From Opitutales bacterium (GTDB taxonomy: Bacteria > Verrucomicrobiota > Verrucomicrobiia > Opitutales > PNEW01): a DNA stretch of 64,000 nucleotides. Shown here piece by piece: positions 30,098 through 40,378 of this stretch (within the stretch, counting starts at the first letter, position 1; each line of letters begins with the position of its first letter). The position numbers and the translations under genes are program-made. The stretch spans positions 2,628,720 through 2,692,719 of the forward strand of contig OY829953.1 in NCBI GenBank assembly GCA_963692525.1, given 5' to 3'. The notes under the pieces are model-generated. The model searched no databases and had not been told where the DNA came from. It saw only the letters and a list, made by a program, of their open reading frames with translations.

Positions 30098-32136
30098 TAT
30101 GATCCCCGTTTACGGGAAAATTTTTTTCTCCCATAATTATTTCGTCTTCCCTTGTTTTTTGATTGCGGGTTTAAATGATCGCCTTTGCGTAGAGTGTCAA
30201 TTTGGTCACGCAGGAGCGCGGCTTGCTCAAAACGAAGATTTTCTGCCGCTTCCAACATCTCGGTCTCCAGTTCAGCGATGACAATTGCTACATCCTGGTT
30301 TCCCTTGGCCTCGGAAACGGATATCGGATCTATATCTTCAATTTTATCTTTGTAATGCAGACTGGCCTGTATTGTTCGCTTAACACTTTTCGGAGTTATC
30401 CCATGTATTTGATTGTGGGACATTTGCTTTTCCCGACGCTGATCTGTAATTTCCAGGGTCTTTCTGAGCGAATCATTTAACTCCTCGGCATATAGGATTA
30501 CACGGCCTTTTTCATGGCGTGCGGCGCGACCCGCAGTTTGAATGAGACTGGTAAAACTGCGAAGAAACCCTTCTTTATCTGCGTCGAGAATGGCAACAAG
30601 TGCGACTTCTGGCAGATCAAGGCCCTCACGAAGGAGGTTTACTCCGACGAGCACATCAAAATCACCGCGCCGCAAATTACGTAGGATCTCGACACGTTCA
30701 ATAACGTCGATATCACTGTGAAGGTATTCCACGCGAATATCGCGCTCACGAAGATAGGTACTTAAATCTTCGGACATACGTTTGGTGAGAGTGGTGACAA
30801 GCACACGTTCATGTTCATTTACCGCCGTCTGAATTTCACCGATGAGATCTTCAACCTGACCCTTGGTCGAGCGCACTTCCATCAGGGGATCAAGCAATCC
30901 GGTAGGCCGAATCAATTGCTCCGCTACGATAGGGGAGAGCTGTAATTCACGATCGGATGGTGTAGCGGAAACATAAACCGTTTGACCGGTGATCTCTTTA
31001 AATTCATCGGCTCGCAACGGACGGTTGTCGAGAGCAGAGGGCAAGCGAAAGCCATACTCGACAAGTTTTTCCTTGCGCGAGCGATCACCGCGATACATGC
31101 CGCCAATTTGAGGCACCGTGGCGTGACTTTCATCAATGATGAGAAGAAAGTCGGGTGGGAAAAAGTCGATCAAGCAAAAGGGCCGTTCACCTTCATTCCG
31201 GCCCGAGAGATGACGGGAGTAATTTTCGATGCCACTGCAAAACCCCATTTCCTGAAGCAGTTCGAGATCATACTCGGTACGCATACGAATACGTTGAGCT
31301 TCGATCAATCGTCCCGATTTTTCAAAAAAACTGACGCGATCTTCTAATTCTTCACGGATCGCTTGAATAGCTGTATCCACCTTGCGCTTTGGAGTGATAT
31401 ATTGATTGGCAGGATATAAATGAAAGTAATCAAGATTTTTACCTGTATCCCCGGTAAGCGGGTTGAGTTCCTGTAAGCATTCAATCACGTCCCCCCAGAA
31501 TTCTACTCGAATAGCGCTTTCCATGTAAGCTGGAAATATATCTATAACTTCGCCTCGTACCCGAAAGTGTCCGCGACTAAGATCAATATCATTGCGCTCG
31601 TATAAATTATCCACCAATCGTTCAAGAAATGCATTACGGTTGAGCGTTTCATTTACACGCAAAGGAATCATCATTTCCCTGAAATCTTCTGGTGATCCCA
31701 GGCCGTAGATACAAGACACACTGGCTACGACAATTACATCCTGCTGACTGATGAGTGCGCTCGTAGCAGCAATGCGCAGACGTTCGATTTCGTCGTTGAT
31801 CGAAGAATCTTTTTCTATGTATGTGTCAGTATGCGGTATATACGCTTCAGGTTGGTAGTAATCGTAGTAACTAACAAAGTATTCAACCGCGTTATTGGGA
31901 AAAAAGCTTTTAAATTCCGAATAAAGCTGTGCGGCTAAAGTTTTGTTGTGTGAAATGACGAGAGCAGGACGCTGTAATTGGTCAATAATGTTTGCCATCG
32001 TGAAGGTCTTACCTGAACCTGTGACTCCGAGTAAGGTCTGATCACTGTTTCCCGCCTTAATGGATTTTAATAAAGTCTCAATCGCCTGAGGCTGATCCCC
32101 GGCTGGTTTATAATCTGCTTTTAATTGAAATTTCAT
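30097..32136 (-). CDS. uvrB: Excinuclease ABC subunit B
   Basis: 679 aa with Walker A GVTGSGKT, helicase motifs, and the C-terminal UVR domain (FEQAALLRDQI). Confidence 0.95.
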   Translation of the reverse strand: MKFQLKADYKPAGDQPQAIETLLKSIKAGNSDQTLLGVTGSGKTFTMANIIDQLQRPALVISHNKTLAAQLYSEFKSFFPNNAVEYFVSYYDYYQPEAYIPHTDTYIEKDSSINDEIERLRIAATSALISQQDVIVVASVSCIYGLGSPEDFREMMIPLRVNETLNRNAFLERLVDNLYERNDIDLSRGHFRVRGEVIDIFPAYMESAIRVEFWGDVIECLQELNPLTGDTGKNLDYFHLYPANQYITPKRKVDTAIQAIREELEDRVSFFEKSGRLIEAQRIRMRTEYDLELLQEMGFCSGIENYSRHLSGRNEGERPFCLIDFFPPDFLLIIDESHATVPQIGGMYRGDRSRKEKLVEYGFRLPSALDNRPLRADEFKEITGQTVYVSATPSDRELQLSPIVAEQLIRPTGLLDPLMEVRSTKGQVEDLIGEIQTAVNEHERVLVTTLTKRMSEDLSTYLRERDIRVEYLHSDIDVIERVEILRNLRRGDFDVLVGVNLLREGLDLPEVALVAILDADKEGFLRSFTSLIQTAGRAARHEKGRVILYAEELNDSLRKTLEITDQRREKQMSHNQIHGITPKSVKRTIQASLHYKDKIEDIDPISVSEAKGNQDVAIVIAELETEMLEAAENLRFEQAALLRDQIDTLRKGDHLNPQSKNKGRRNNYGRKKFSRKRGS

Positions 32137-32329
32137 TAAGTTAGGAATAAACCGTTAATCATCACTTTATATCAACGTGTTAATCATAAGTTTTCAACAT
32201 AATCTAATAGGCTGTAATGATTTGCGCACAGATTATCGTGACTCTCAACTATCATACCACTAAGTTGATTCATATAATATCAAATTGTGAAAGGAGTAAG
32301 TAATGAAAATTGAAGAGCTTCCAAAATGA

Positions 32330-32497
32330 ATGCATGCAATACCCGTATTAATTGGCGTGACCTTATCGATTATTGGCATCCAATTCGGACCAGCAATGGG
32401 TGTTCGCGGTACTATCGGCCCTATTGTAGGATTACCTGTTGGTGTGATAATTGGTTTTGTAATTCTCGCCATATACGCTAAATCAAAAGGTGATTGA
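32330..32497 (+). CDS. Possible small membrane protein (55 aa), not in the ORF track
   Basis: MHAIPVLIGVTLSIIGIQFGPAMGVRGTIGPIVGLPVGVIIGFVILAIYAKSKGD gives two hydrophobic helices. It is preceded by a tiny ORF (MKIEELPK, good AAAGGAG site) whose TGA overlaps the region of the start. It competes with the antisense track ORF 32260-32472. Confidence 0.35.
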   Translation: MHAIPVLIGVTLSIIGIQFGPAMGVRGTIGPIVGLPVGVIIGFVILAIYAKSKGD

Positions 32498-32559
32498 TTA
32501 GAATATTCACCCGTGCGTGCGCGTGCTGAAAATGAATGGATCAGAATTAAAAAGGAATA

Positions 32560-32859
32560 ATGATGGAAAATGAGAATATTATTGAACCGACTTTTAACCG
32601 TATTTTGAGAATCTGGTGGAGTTATATATGGCGAGTGACGTTATTTAGTATGCTTCTTGGATTTATTCTCGGTTTTGCTGCAGGGTTTATTACAGGAATA
32701 CTGGGGCGAGGTGATCTTGCTCAAAATGTAGCGGCAACACTTGGATGGTTAGGATCAATCCCCGTTTCCATTTATGTAATGGGGATAGTTCTGAAAAAAA
32801 ACCATGGCGACTTTACGATATGCCTTATGAAAGCATCTGACGATTTCCGTGTGGGGTAA
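32560..32859 (+). CDS. Small integral membrane protein, unknown function
   Basis: 99 aa with two clear TM helices (VTLFSMLLGFILGFAAGFITGIL; LGWLGSIPVSIYVMGIVL). Confidence 0.5.
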   Translation: MMENENIIEPTFNRILRIWWSYIWRVTLFSMLLGFILGFAAGFITGILGRGDLAQNVAATLGWLGSIPVSIYVMGIVLKKNHGDFTICLMKASDDFRVG

Positions 32860-32939
32860 TATTTTTAACGATCTAATACCCATTGCCCTTTGAATTGACA
32901 CCCCTCGCTGATCCACAACGCGAAAATTAAGTATTTCTT

Positions 32940-33842
32940 ATGGACTTAAAATATATCGAACATGCAAAGGAACTCGTCGAAATTAAAGACGAATCAAATC
33001 CTTACGATTTTGAAAACATATTCAAATTGGACTCGTTTGGAGAAAGAAGATTATCAAAAAGAAAACTTAAAATTCTTAAGGCCATTGATCCTACGGTAAG
33101 AAAAATGCTTAAAGATGGAGAAAATGTATATTACATGACGGACGGGATTAGAACGAGCAGCCTTGAGAATCTTTTTATTGGTTGGGTCGCTTATTACTAT
33201 AATTACATGGCCTTTGTCTTCACCTCGGAGAGAGTAATCTTAATTCATCTAAAATCGAAAAGAAAGAAGGGTGCTTATGTAGGTGAAATTAAATATACAG
33301 ATATTGAATCTATTCATTCCAGTTTCTTGGGGAACTTTACTTTAAAATTTCACAATAATAAAACTGTTCTCTTTAGAAAAGTTCCGCGAAAGGATAGAAA
33401 GTTTTTAAAAGAATTCCTGAATCCGATTCTTGGGCAAGCGGAGTCGAATGCAGATACAGCTATACCTGGTATACGAAATCTTTGCCCACGATGCTTTGTA
33501 CACATTACTGATTACCCCAGCCTTTGTCCCAATTGTTCATGTAAATTAAAAAGTCCGGTAATAGCGGGTTGTCTTTCCTTAATATTACCAGGTATGGGAG
33601 ATATCTATCTGGGGTCCAAATTCCTCGGCTTTATAGAACTGGCAATTATGATCACTATTTGGGCCGGATTGATCGTAGGAATAATCGAAGAATATCAGAT
33701 GGGCTCAAATATCTATGAATCTCTCATTCCCATTATGATATTCATGTTCATAGTTCATGGAACGGATGCTTTAAAAAGCAGATATTTAGCGCGCAAGGGG
33801 GTTTTTCCCAATGAAAAGATTAACTATGATGCTGGTAGTTAG
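32940..33842 (+). CDS. Membrane protein with an N-terminal PH-like region, a zinc ribbon and C-terminal TM helices; unknown function
   Basis: 300 aa. CPRC...CPNC four-Cys ribbon followed by GCLSLILPGMGDIYLG (TM2-like) and two more TM helices. Confidence 0.6.
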   Translation: MDLKYIEHAKELVEIKDESNPYDFENIFKLDSFGERRLSKRKLKILKAIDPTVRKMLKDGENVYYMTDGIRTSSLENLFIGWVAYYYNYMAFVFTSERVILIHLKSKRKKGAYVGEIKYTDIESIHSSFLGNFTLKFHNNKTVLFRKVPRKDRKFLKEFLNPILGQAESNADTAIPGIRNLCPRCFVHITDYPSLCPNCSCKLKSPVIAGCLSLILPGMGDIYLGSKFLGFIELAIMITIWAGLIVGIIEEYQMGSNIYESLIPIMIFMFIVHGTDALKSRYLARKGVFPNEKINYDAGS

Positions 33843-33920
33843 CATTGATTAAAAGTTGATCCTATTATCAATCGATTTTGGTAGCCTTCACTGAAATTGA
33901 ATTAAAATAAAGCTACTCTT

Positions 33921-34528
33921 GTGATTTCACATCAATACAAATGTATATTAGTTAAGGTTCCTAAAACTGCTGGGACAAGTATCTCAATGGCATTGAACTG
34001 TGCGCATATCATAAAGCCGCATCGGGATATTAAAGAAATAAAGCAAGCATTAGAATTGAATCCGAAGATCGGATGTTCTGATAACGAAGAACCAAATTCC
34101 ATTGATCCTTATGATGAATATTTCAAGTTTGGATTTGTAAGAAATCCCTGGAGCAGGGTGGTTTCGCTCTATAATCGAAAAGAAGGAATACAACCTTCGC
34201 AGACAATGAATTTCGATGAATTTGTTAATACGATTAATTATAGCAGCGATGCTTGTGTCCATCCATCACAGCATAAAAATCAGTTGGATTGGTTTACCGA
34301 TCTCGACGGTGAAGTCGTTGTTGATTTCATAGGGAAATTTGAAATCTGGAAAGTGATTGGCAAAAAATATGCAAAAAAATATCCGTTAATATCAAACTTC
34401 TCCACACCAGGAAAAATCCATTTAATCAACGACCCTATCCGGAATATTACACGGATATTACGAGAGAGATGATTGGAGATAAGTTTCACGTTGATATTGA
34501 ATATTTTAACTATGAGTTTGATCAATAA
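33921..34528 (+). pseudogene. Sulfotransferase-family gene interrupted by a frameshift in an A-run (assembly error or pseudogene)
   Basis: Frame A (33921-34472) carries the VKVPKTAGTSI PAPS-loop-like motif. The expected C-terminus (...NQRPYPEYYTDITREMIGDKFHVDIEYFNYEFDQ*) lies in the -1 frame, open 34343-34528. One extra A in A7 (34373-34379) joins the two frames. Confidence 0.6.
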
Positions 34529-34585
34529 CCGTCGATGATAGTTCACTTATGTTTTCACTATCGAGGTGAATAAATCCTTATAGCG

Positions 34586-34804
34586 ATGGCCGGTCTGGAT
34601 AGCAGTTTTATTTCTGATTTTTTTCAGCGTTATAATATTCCGATAAATCCATACCTCTTAATAGCCCTCATTTTATTGGGGCTAGTAATTTGTTGGTACG
34701 TTATTCGTTTTTTCTTCCGACTGACACTCCGTATTTTTTTCTTCGGATTAATCCTTCTCATGATTCTGGGTGTATGTTTATTTGTATTCGTGTATTTATC
34801 CTGA
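34586..34804 (+). CDS. Small membrane protein, unknown function
   Basis: 72 aa with two hydrophobic helices. AT-rich, low-complexity sequence. Confidence 0.4.
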   Translation: MAGLDSSFISDFFQRYNIPINPYLLIALILLGLVICWYVIRFFFRLTLRIFFFGLILLMILGVCLFVFVYLS

Positions 34805-34909
34805 TTTTAATTTACAGACCTGATTTCAATCTACACCTTGATAATCGAAGAAAAAAATAAATCTTTTATGTTAAATCATCGCGTATCTAAATTTTACCGA
34901 CCGTAAATT

Positions 34910-36391
34910 ATGAAAAAAAAACCAAATATTCTCTTTATTATAACCGACCAGCAACGCACGGATACGCTTGGATTTTTAAAAAGAACGCCTTGTCAGACGC
35001 CCCATATAGACAGATTAGCGAGCAGGGGGATTTCATTTGATCAGTGTATCACCCCGGATCCAATTTGCGGACCTGCCCGGGCAGCAATATTTTCCGGTCG
35101 CTACCCCCACCAGCTAAGGAGTGAGGTATGCCCTGAAGGTCTTGGCGTTACGGGGAGAGATTATGGTAGGGATATGATGCTGAATACCTATTCAATCCGT
35201 GAAACTCCTGATCTCACCAACCTGCTTAAAGGGGAGGGATATTCTACCGCTTACGCGGGAAAGTGGCATGTGGGGGAAGAAATTATCGGCGACTGGTTTG
35301 AAAGGGTAGAGGGAAATAGATTAAAGAAATACTCCGAGTGGCTTAAAGAGAATAATCTTCCCGACGGGTGGGCCATGAATGACGATGACGTAAAAACACA
35401 CCGGTTCCCCCATATGTCGATACCCTTTCCTAAGGTGAGCCCGTTGGAAGCCTCACAGACTGTCGATGCCTGGATCGCGGATATTGCGATTCGACAGATA
35501 GAAGAGCGTCCTAAAGATCAGTCTTTCTTTCAAGTCTGCAGTTTCATCGGGCCCCATCCTCCATTTAAAATCCCTGAACCTTACTTCAGCTTATACGATC
35601 CTGAATCTATTCCCGAACCTCCTAATTTTAAACCATCGGATTTAGAACCCGCATGTAAGTATTATAGTTTTTATCGGCATATTTGGCAGGACTATAGTGA
35701 AGACTGGAGTGAATGGAAAAAGTCTGTCGCCGTCTACTGGGGGTTTGTAAAAATGATGGATAATCAGGTTGGACGTCTAATCGATTGCCTGGAGCGAGAT
35801 CAGTTGCTTGATGAGACGTTGATCATATTTTGCAGTGACCATGGGGAGATGCTTGGGCAGCATGGATTATGGCAGAAAATGCAACCCTACGAAGAATCAT
35901 TGCGCGTGCCGCTTGTCATGGCTGTGCCCGGAATGAAAGAAGGGGAGGGTATTCGCAGTCAAGCCGGAGCTTCGCTTATCGATATAGCTCCCACCATCCT
36001 TTCCGTAGCCGGCGTTAAAGCACCGGAAAATTACGAGGGGATAGATCTATCACCATCTTTTACTGATGGGACGACATTAAAAGAGGACCGTATGCTATTT
36101 AGTGAGCAGAAACCACTCGGGCATTTTCACGGAGAAGTAGATTGGCGTCTAGCCACTGATAACCGCTATAAATATGTCTGGAACCACACGGATCGAGATG
36201 AATTTTATGATCTATCAGCAGATCCCTGGGAAACTGAGAATCTAATAAATAATTCAGATCTAAATTCAGTGATTTCAACTTACCAGGATGCTTTATTCAA
36301 TTGGTTGAAAGATACCGCTGATCCGCTACTTTCTGACTTTGAATATGAATTGTCATTGCATGAACGATCGAGGGATATTCTGCCTAAATAA
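34910..36391 (+). CDS. Sulfatase (formylglycine-dependent, Cys-type)
   Basis: 493 aa. PNILFIITDQQRTD, the active-site signature CGPARAAIFSGR (C-x-P-x-R), and SDHGEMLG. Confidence 0.85.
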   Translation: MKKKPNILFIITDQQRTDTLGFLKRTPCQTPHIDRLASRGISFDQCITPDPICGPARAAIFSGRYPHQLRSEVCPEGLGVTGRDYGRDMMLNTYSIRETPDLTNLLKGEGYSTAYAGKWHVGEEIIGDWFERVEGNRLKKYSEWLKENNLPDGWAMNDDDVKTHRFPHMSIPFPKVSPLEASQTVDAWIADIAIRQIEERPKDQSFFQVCSFIGPHPPFKIPEPYFSLYDPESIPEPPNFKPSDLEPACKYYSFYRHIWQDYSEDWSEWKKSVAVYWGFVKMMDNQVGRLIDCLERDQLLDETLIIFCSDHGEMLGQHGLWQKMQPYEESLRVPLVMAVPGMKEGEGIRSQAGASLIDIAPTILSVAGVKAPENYEGIDLSPSFTDGTTLKEDRMLFSEQKPLGHFHGEVDWRLATDNRYKYVWNHTDRDEFYDLSADPWETENLINNSDLNSVISTYQDALFNWLKDTADPLLSDFEYELSLHERSRDILPK

Positions 36392-36463
36392 ATTGATATT
36401 ATTTACACCAGACTCGCCGCTAAATCCCTTTTCCTCATCCACGCATAGCCGCTTTAGCACTTA

Positions 36464-37765
36464 TTATTCGATCGCATAGATTTCTTTTTCGCCTTCGGTC
36501 TTGCCGATAATGACCGCTCCACAGGTATCACTGTAGACATTAACCGCGGTACGACACATATCGAGAACTCGGTCTGTTACCCAGACCAGTCCCACTGCTT
36601 CAACGGGCAGGCCGACTACCCCAAGAATTACGGTAATCGCAACAAGGCTGGCCGCCGGTATTCCTGCAACTCCTACCGAAGTTAATAATGCCAGGAGAAC
36701 GATAGAAAACTGGGTCGCAAAACCGATTTCGAATCCTTGCAAAACACCGTAGATCTGGGCAATAAAAATGATGACAACACACTCATAGAGAGCGGTGCCA
36801 TCCATGTTAACTGTCGCCCCCAGGGGGAGGGTAAAGCTGGCGGTCCGATTGGAAACACCCGCATTCTTTTCTACTGTTTCGAGGGTGACAGGTAGGGTTG
36901 AGGCAGAGGATGCGGTGGAAAAAGCAGTCAGTAAAACCGGCGCCATCGACTTGAGATGCAGGAGGGGATTAACTTTTGCTACATATTTTAATAATAATCC
37001 TAAAGTGAGTAAAAAATGAATACCCAAAGCGAGAACAACGGTGATAAAAAACAAGAGTAAAGGTTTAAACAATCCGAATCCTGTTCGCAGGATGATCGGC
37101 GTAACCAGTCCAAATACTCCCAGGGGTGCAAATTTAATTACTAAATTTGTGATTCGCATCATTACACCTTGAATACTTTCCCATAAAGTGGACTGAAATT
37201 CTAACTGTCGTTGTGGCAGCTTACTGATAAAATAACCGAAGAGCAGACTGAATACGATGAGCCCTAATAGTTGTCCATTATCAGTAGCCGCTTTTATAAT
37301 ATTGGGTGGAACCATCCGAATAAAGATATTGATCATTTCACCACTTCCCCGGCCTTCAACTTTGTCCATAAATGCCTCTGCACTCTGTGCCTGCCCTACA
37401 ATTTGAGCGGCAAGTTCAGAGGAGACTGACCCTGGTCTGATAATGTTTACAACCAACAATCCGATGATTATGGCGAGTAATCCTGAAGCTGTGTAATAGA
37501 TAAGAATTTTTATTCCCATCCGCTTAAAATTGCGTTCAGTACCCAGACCCATAATGCCGCAGATAATGGAAGAAACGATGAGCGGGACTACGATCATTTT
37601 CAGGGCATTCATAAATATTGTGCCGATGAATTCGCAGGTACTCACGAGCCCAACGGCAAACCCGCTATGCGTGAGATTTGCCATTTTAATGACAACACCG
37701 ATCACAACTGCCAGGAGAATAGCACTCAGGATTTGCCAATGCAGTTTCCACTTAAATGGATTCAT
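36464..37765 (-). CDS. Dicarboxylate/amino acid:cation symporter (DAACS, GltP-like)
   Basis: 433 aa, multi-TM, with SSASTLP and VNMDGTALYE motifs typical of the family. Confidence 0.85.
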   Translation of the reverse strand: MNPFKWKLHWQILSAILLAVVIGVVIKMANLTHSGFAVGLVSTCEFIGTIFMNALKMIVVPLIVSSIICGIMGLGTERNFKRMGIKILIYYTASGLLAIIIGLLVVNIIRPGSVSSELAAQIVGQAQSAEAFMDKVEGRGSGEMINIFIRMVPPNIIKAATDNGQLLGLIVFSLLFGYFISKLPQRQLEFQSTLWESIQGVMMRITNLVIKFAPLGVFGLVTPIILRTGFGLFKPLLLFFITVVLALGIHFLLTLGLLLKYVAKVNPLLHLKSMAPVLLTAFSTASSASTLPVTLETVEKNAGVSNRTASFTLPLGATVNMDGTALYECVVIIFIAQIYGVLQGFEIGFATQFSIVLLALLTSVGVAGIPAASLVAITVILGVVGLPVEAVGLVWVTDRVLDMCRTAVNVYSDTCGAVIIGKTEGEKEIYAIE

Positions 37766-38160
37766 GGTAAGGAGAGTAGGAGGGTATTAATCCTTTTAGT
37801 CAATCTGTTGGAGCATTGTCGGTTTTGAAATAATAATTTAACGAGGAAAGATTACGTAATAAGTTTATAATTAATCACTTATTAGTGAATTTGTAAGCGG
37901 TGAGGCCGATTGAAGTTATCCATCTTAATGAAAATATTCATCAATAGGCCTATTAACTCAAAGCCTCATATTTGAAGTGAACTAGCAGAAAAGTATATAT
38001 TGCTGTATATTGAATTAAGTTTTATACCGTGACCCATCCTTTCAAAGACGAGGTAGATTTCAACCAATTGTCGCTTTCCGCAATATTTCGAACAAGTGTT
38101 TTTTCCTTTGAATTTATCCCGGGTTTTCCTAACCTCAATTTTTTCGATTAAAAGATTACT

Positions 38161-39348
38161 ATGATCATTAAACCACGCATTCGCGGTTTCGTATGCGTAA
38201 CAGCTCACCCAGTTGGCTGTGCTGAACACGTTCATGAGCAAATCGATTATGTGAAAGCTCAATCTTCCACTGAGGGAGGCCCGAAAAAGGTTCTCATCAT
38301 TGGAGCATCGACAGGATATGGACTCTCCTCACGTATTGTCAGCGCTTTTGGTTTCAAAGCGGCGACTATCGGGGTGTTTTTTGAAAGACCGGCGAACAAT
38401 GGAAAAACCGCATCTGCAGGTTGGTACAATTCGATTGCTTTTGAAAATGAAGCTCATGCGGATGGTTTATATGCAAAGAGTATTAATGGTGACGCCTTTT
38501 CTGATGAGATTAAGAATCAAACCATCGACTTGATAAAAAAAGACATGGGGAAGGTAGACCTCATTATTTATAGTCTGGCATCTCCCCGCCGAACTGATCC
38601 GAAAACAGGCGATGTTTATAAAATGGCTCTAAAACCCATAGGCCATTCATTGCATGATAAAATGCTCGATACGGATAAAAAAATGGTCATGGAAGAGAGC
38701 ATCGAATCGGCAACGGAAAAAGAAATCTCCGATACGATAAATATCATGGGTGGTGTAGATTGGGATTTATGGCTTGATGCTCTCGATAGCGCGGATGTTC
38801 TTGAAGAAGGGGTGACTACCGTTGCTTATTCCTATATCGGTCCCGAGGTAACCTGGCCCATTTATAAGAATGGTACAATTGGTCTGGCGAAGAAAGATCT
38901 TGAAAAAACCGCCGCTAAAATTGATGCAAAATTGAAAAAGTATGGCGGTCGCGCATTTGTCTCAATTAATAAGGGAGTGGTCACTCAATCAAGCTCGGCT
39001 ATTCCGGTTGTCCCTCTTTATTTTTCTCTCCTTTTCAAAGTGATGAAAGAAAAAGGAATTCATGAAGGATGCATCGAGCAGATACAGCGACTATTTACGA
39101 CGAAACTTTACAATGGTGCTGTCCCTGAGTTAGATGAAGCGGGTAGAATACGCATTGATGACCTCGAGATGCGACCCGATGTGCAAGATGCAGTCGCTGA
39201 ACTATGGCCTCGTGTTACGACGGAGAATCTTGATGAAATATCTGACTTTTCCGGTCATCAGCAGGAATTCTTAAAACTGTTTGGATTTGGTTTGCCCGGG
39301 ACGGATTATGAATCGGACGTCAACCCGGAAATAGTATTTGATTCCTGA
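38161..39348 (+). CDS. fabV: Enoyl-[acyl-carrier-protein] reductase FabV (trans-2-enoyl-CoA reductase family)
   Basis: 395 aa. N-terminal MIIKPRIRGFVCVTAHPVGC and IGASTGYGL are characteristic of FabV. Confidence 0.85.
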   Translation: MIIKPRIRGFVCVTAHPVGCAEHVHEQIDYVKAQSSTEGGPKKVLIIGASTGYGLSSRIVSAFGFKAATIGVFFERPANNGKTASAGWYNSIAFENEAHADGLYAKSINGDAFSDEIKNQTIDLIKKDMGKVDLIIYSLASPRRTDPKTGDVYKMALKPIGHSLHDKMLDTDKKMVMEESIESATEKEISDTINIMGGVDWDLWLDALDSADVLEEGVTTVAYSYIGPEVTWPIYKNGTIGLAKKDLEKTAAKIDAKLKKYGGRAFVSINKGVVTQSSSAIPVVPLYFSLLFKVMKEKGIHEGCIEQIQRLFTTKLYNGAVPELDEAGRIRIDDLEMRPDVQDAVAELWPRVTTENLDEISDFSGHQQEFLKLFGFGLPGTDYESDVNPEIVFDS

Positions 39349-39362
39349 TCGCAAAGTATAAT

Positions 39363-39761
39363 TCAACGCGATTGCAGACGAACTTTTTCAAGGCCCGCTT
39401 GACGGCAGGTGTCCATAATAAAAGTGACATGTTTGAGGTAGGCATCCTCGTCAGCTAAGATCAGGACAGGGAGTTCATCATCAATATCTGCCGCGATATT
39501 GATAGCCGCTGTTAATTCGCTGCGGTTCATTAAAGTGCCATTGTAGTAAAATTCACCTTTTGGACTGATCCCTACTTCCAAGCGTTCCATCTGCTTGTTT
39601 TTACCCGCAGTCTCAATTTTAGGAGGAATTATATTGAGAATGCTGATATTGCGAAACTGCATAGACACGAGAAAGAAGAAAATGAGTACAATGAGAACGT
39701 CGACGAGCGGGATAATATTTATCTCCGCCTTTCGCCTCCGTTTCTTAATCATAAAACTCAT
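39363..39761 (-). CDS. exbD: Biopolymer transport protein ExbD/TolR
   Basis: 132 aa. EINIIPLVDVLIVLIFFF is the N-terminal anchor signature. Confidence 0.8.
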   Translation of the reverse strand: MSFMIKKRRRKAEINIIPLVDVLIVLIFFFLVSMQFRNISILNIIPPKIETAGKNKQMERLEVGISPKGEFYYNGTLMNRSELTAAINIAADIDDELPVLILADEDAYLKHVTFIMDTCRQAGLEKVRLQSR

Positions 39762-39769
39762 CGCGTTAT

Positions 39770-40360
39770 CTATTCCTCCTCACTTTTTGAACTCAGCGAT
39801 TGCTGATTGACCAGGTCAATGAGTCGTTCGACGCCAACGCTGATCTGGGCTTCGAGAAAATCAATTCTACGATTCAAGTAGCTGTTGCCGACGAGTGCCG
39901 GAATGGCGATCGACAAGCCCAGCATCGTGGTCGTGAGCGCCAATGCGATCCCACGGACAAAAATATCAGGGTCCGGCATTCCGGTATCGGGTGAAACATT
40001 CGCGAAAACTTGGATTAATCCTGTAACTGTTCCCAAAAGACCAATTAATGGTGCTGCGGTGACAACAATATCGAGAAGGAATAATCCGCGTTCCATTCGC
40101 GATACTTCTAATCTGGCATATGCCTTTAATTGTTCTGTATCGGGAGAGTAGTCTCGGTAGAAATTAAGTATTTTTGCACTTACGGATCCGTCAGAAATCT
40201 GAGGTATTTCTCCTTTAATAAAACTATCAGACATTCCCTTTGGAATAATCCGACTCTGACGTAGTGCAATAAGTCGCTCGATTATGATAAAGACTGCGAT
40301 AAATGAGCATGTCAGCAACGGCCAAAAAAATATGCCGGTTCCTTCGATAATATTAATCAT
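39770..40360 (-). CDS. exbB: MotA/TolQ/ExbB proton-channel protein
   Basis: 196 aa, three TM helices, conserved APLIGLLGTVTGLI..F motif. Confidence 0.8.
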   Translation of the reverse strand: MINIIEGTGIFFWPLLTCSFIAVFIIIERLIALRQSRIIPKGMSDSFIKGEIPQISDGSVSAKILNFYRDYSPDTEQLKAYARLEVSRMERGLFLLDIVVTAAPLIGLLGTVTGLIQVFANVSPDTGMPDPDIFVRGIALALTTTMLGLSIAIPALVGNSYLNRRIDFLEAQISVGVERLIDLVNQQSLSSKSEEE

Positions 40361-40378
40361 TTGATATTCCTGGGGTAA

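Noticed and set aside
32260-32472. 70-aa minus-strand ORF (MARITKPIITPTGNPTIGP...)
   Set aside because: The opposite strand encodes a more plausible two-helix membrane peptide preceded by a ribosome-binding site. The minus-strand peptide is Pro/Ile/Thr-rich with no start context. Both calls remain low confidence.
37966-38262. 98-aa minus-strand ORF overlapping the fabV start
   Set aside because: It overlaps the strongly supported FabV N-terminus (MIIKPRIRGFVCVTAHP), lies in AT-rich promoter DNA and has no recognisable features.
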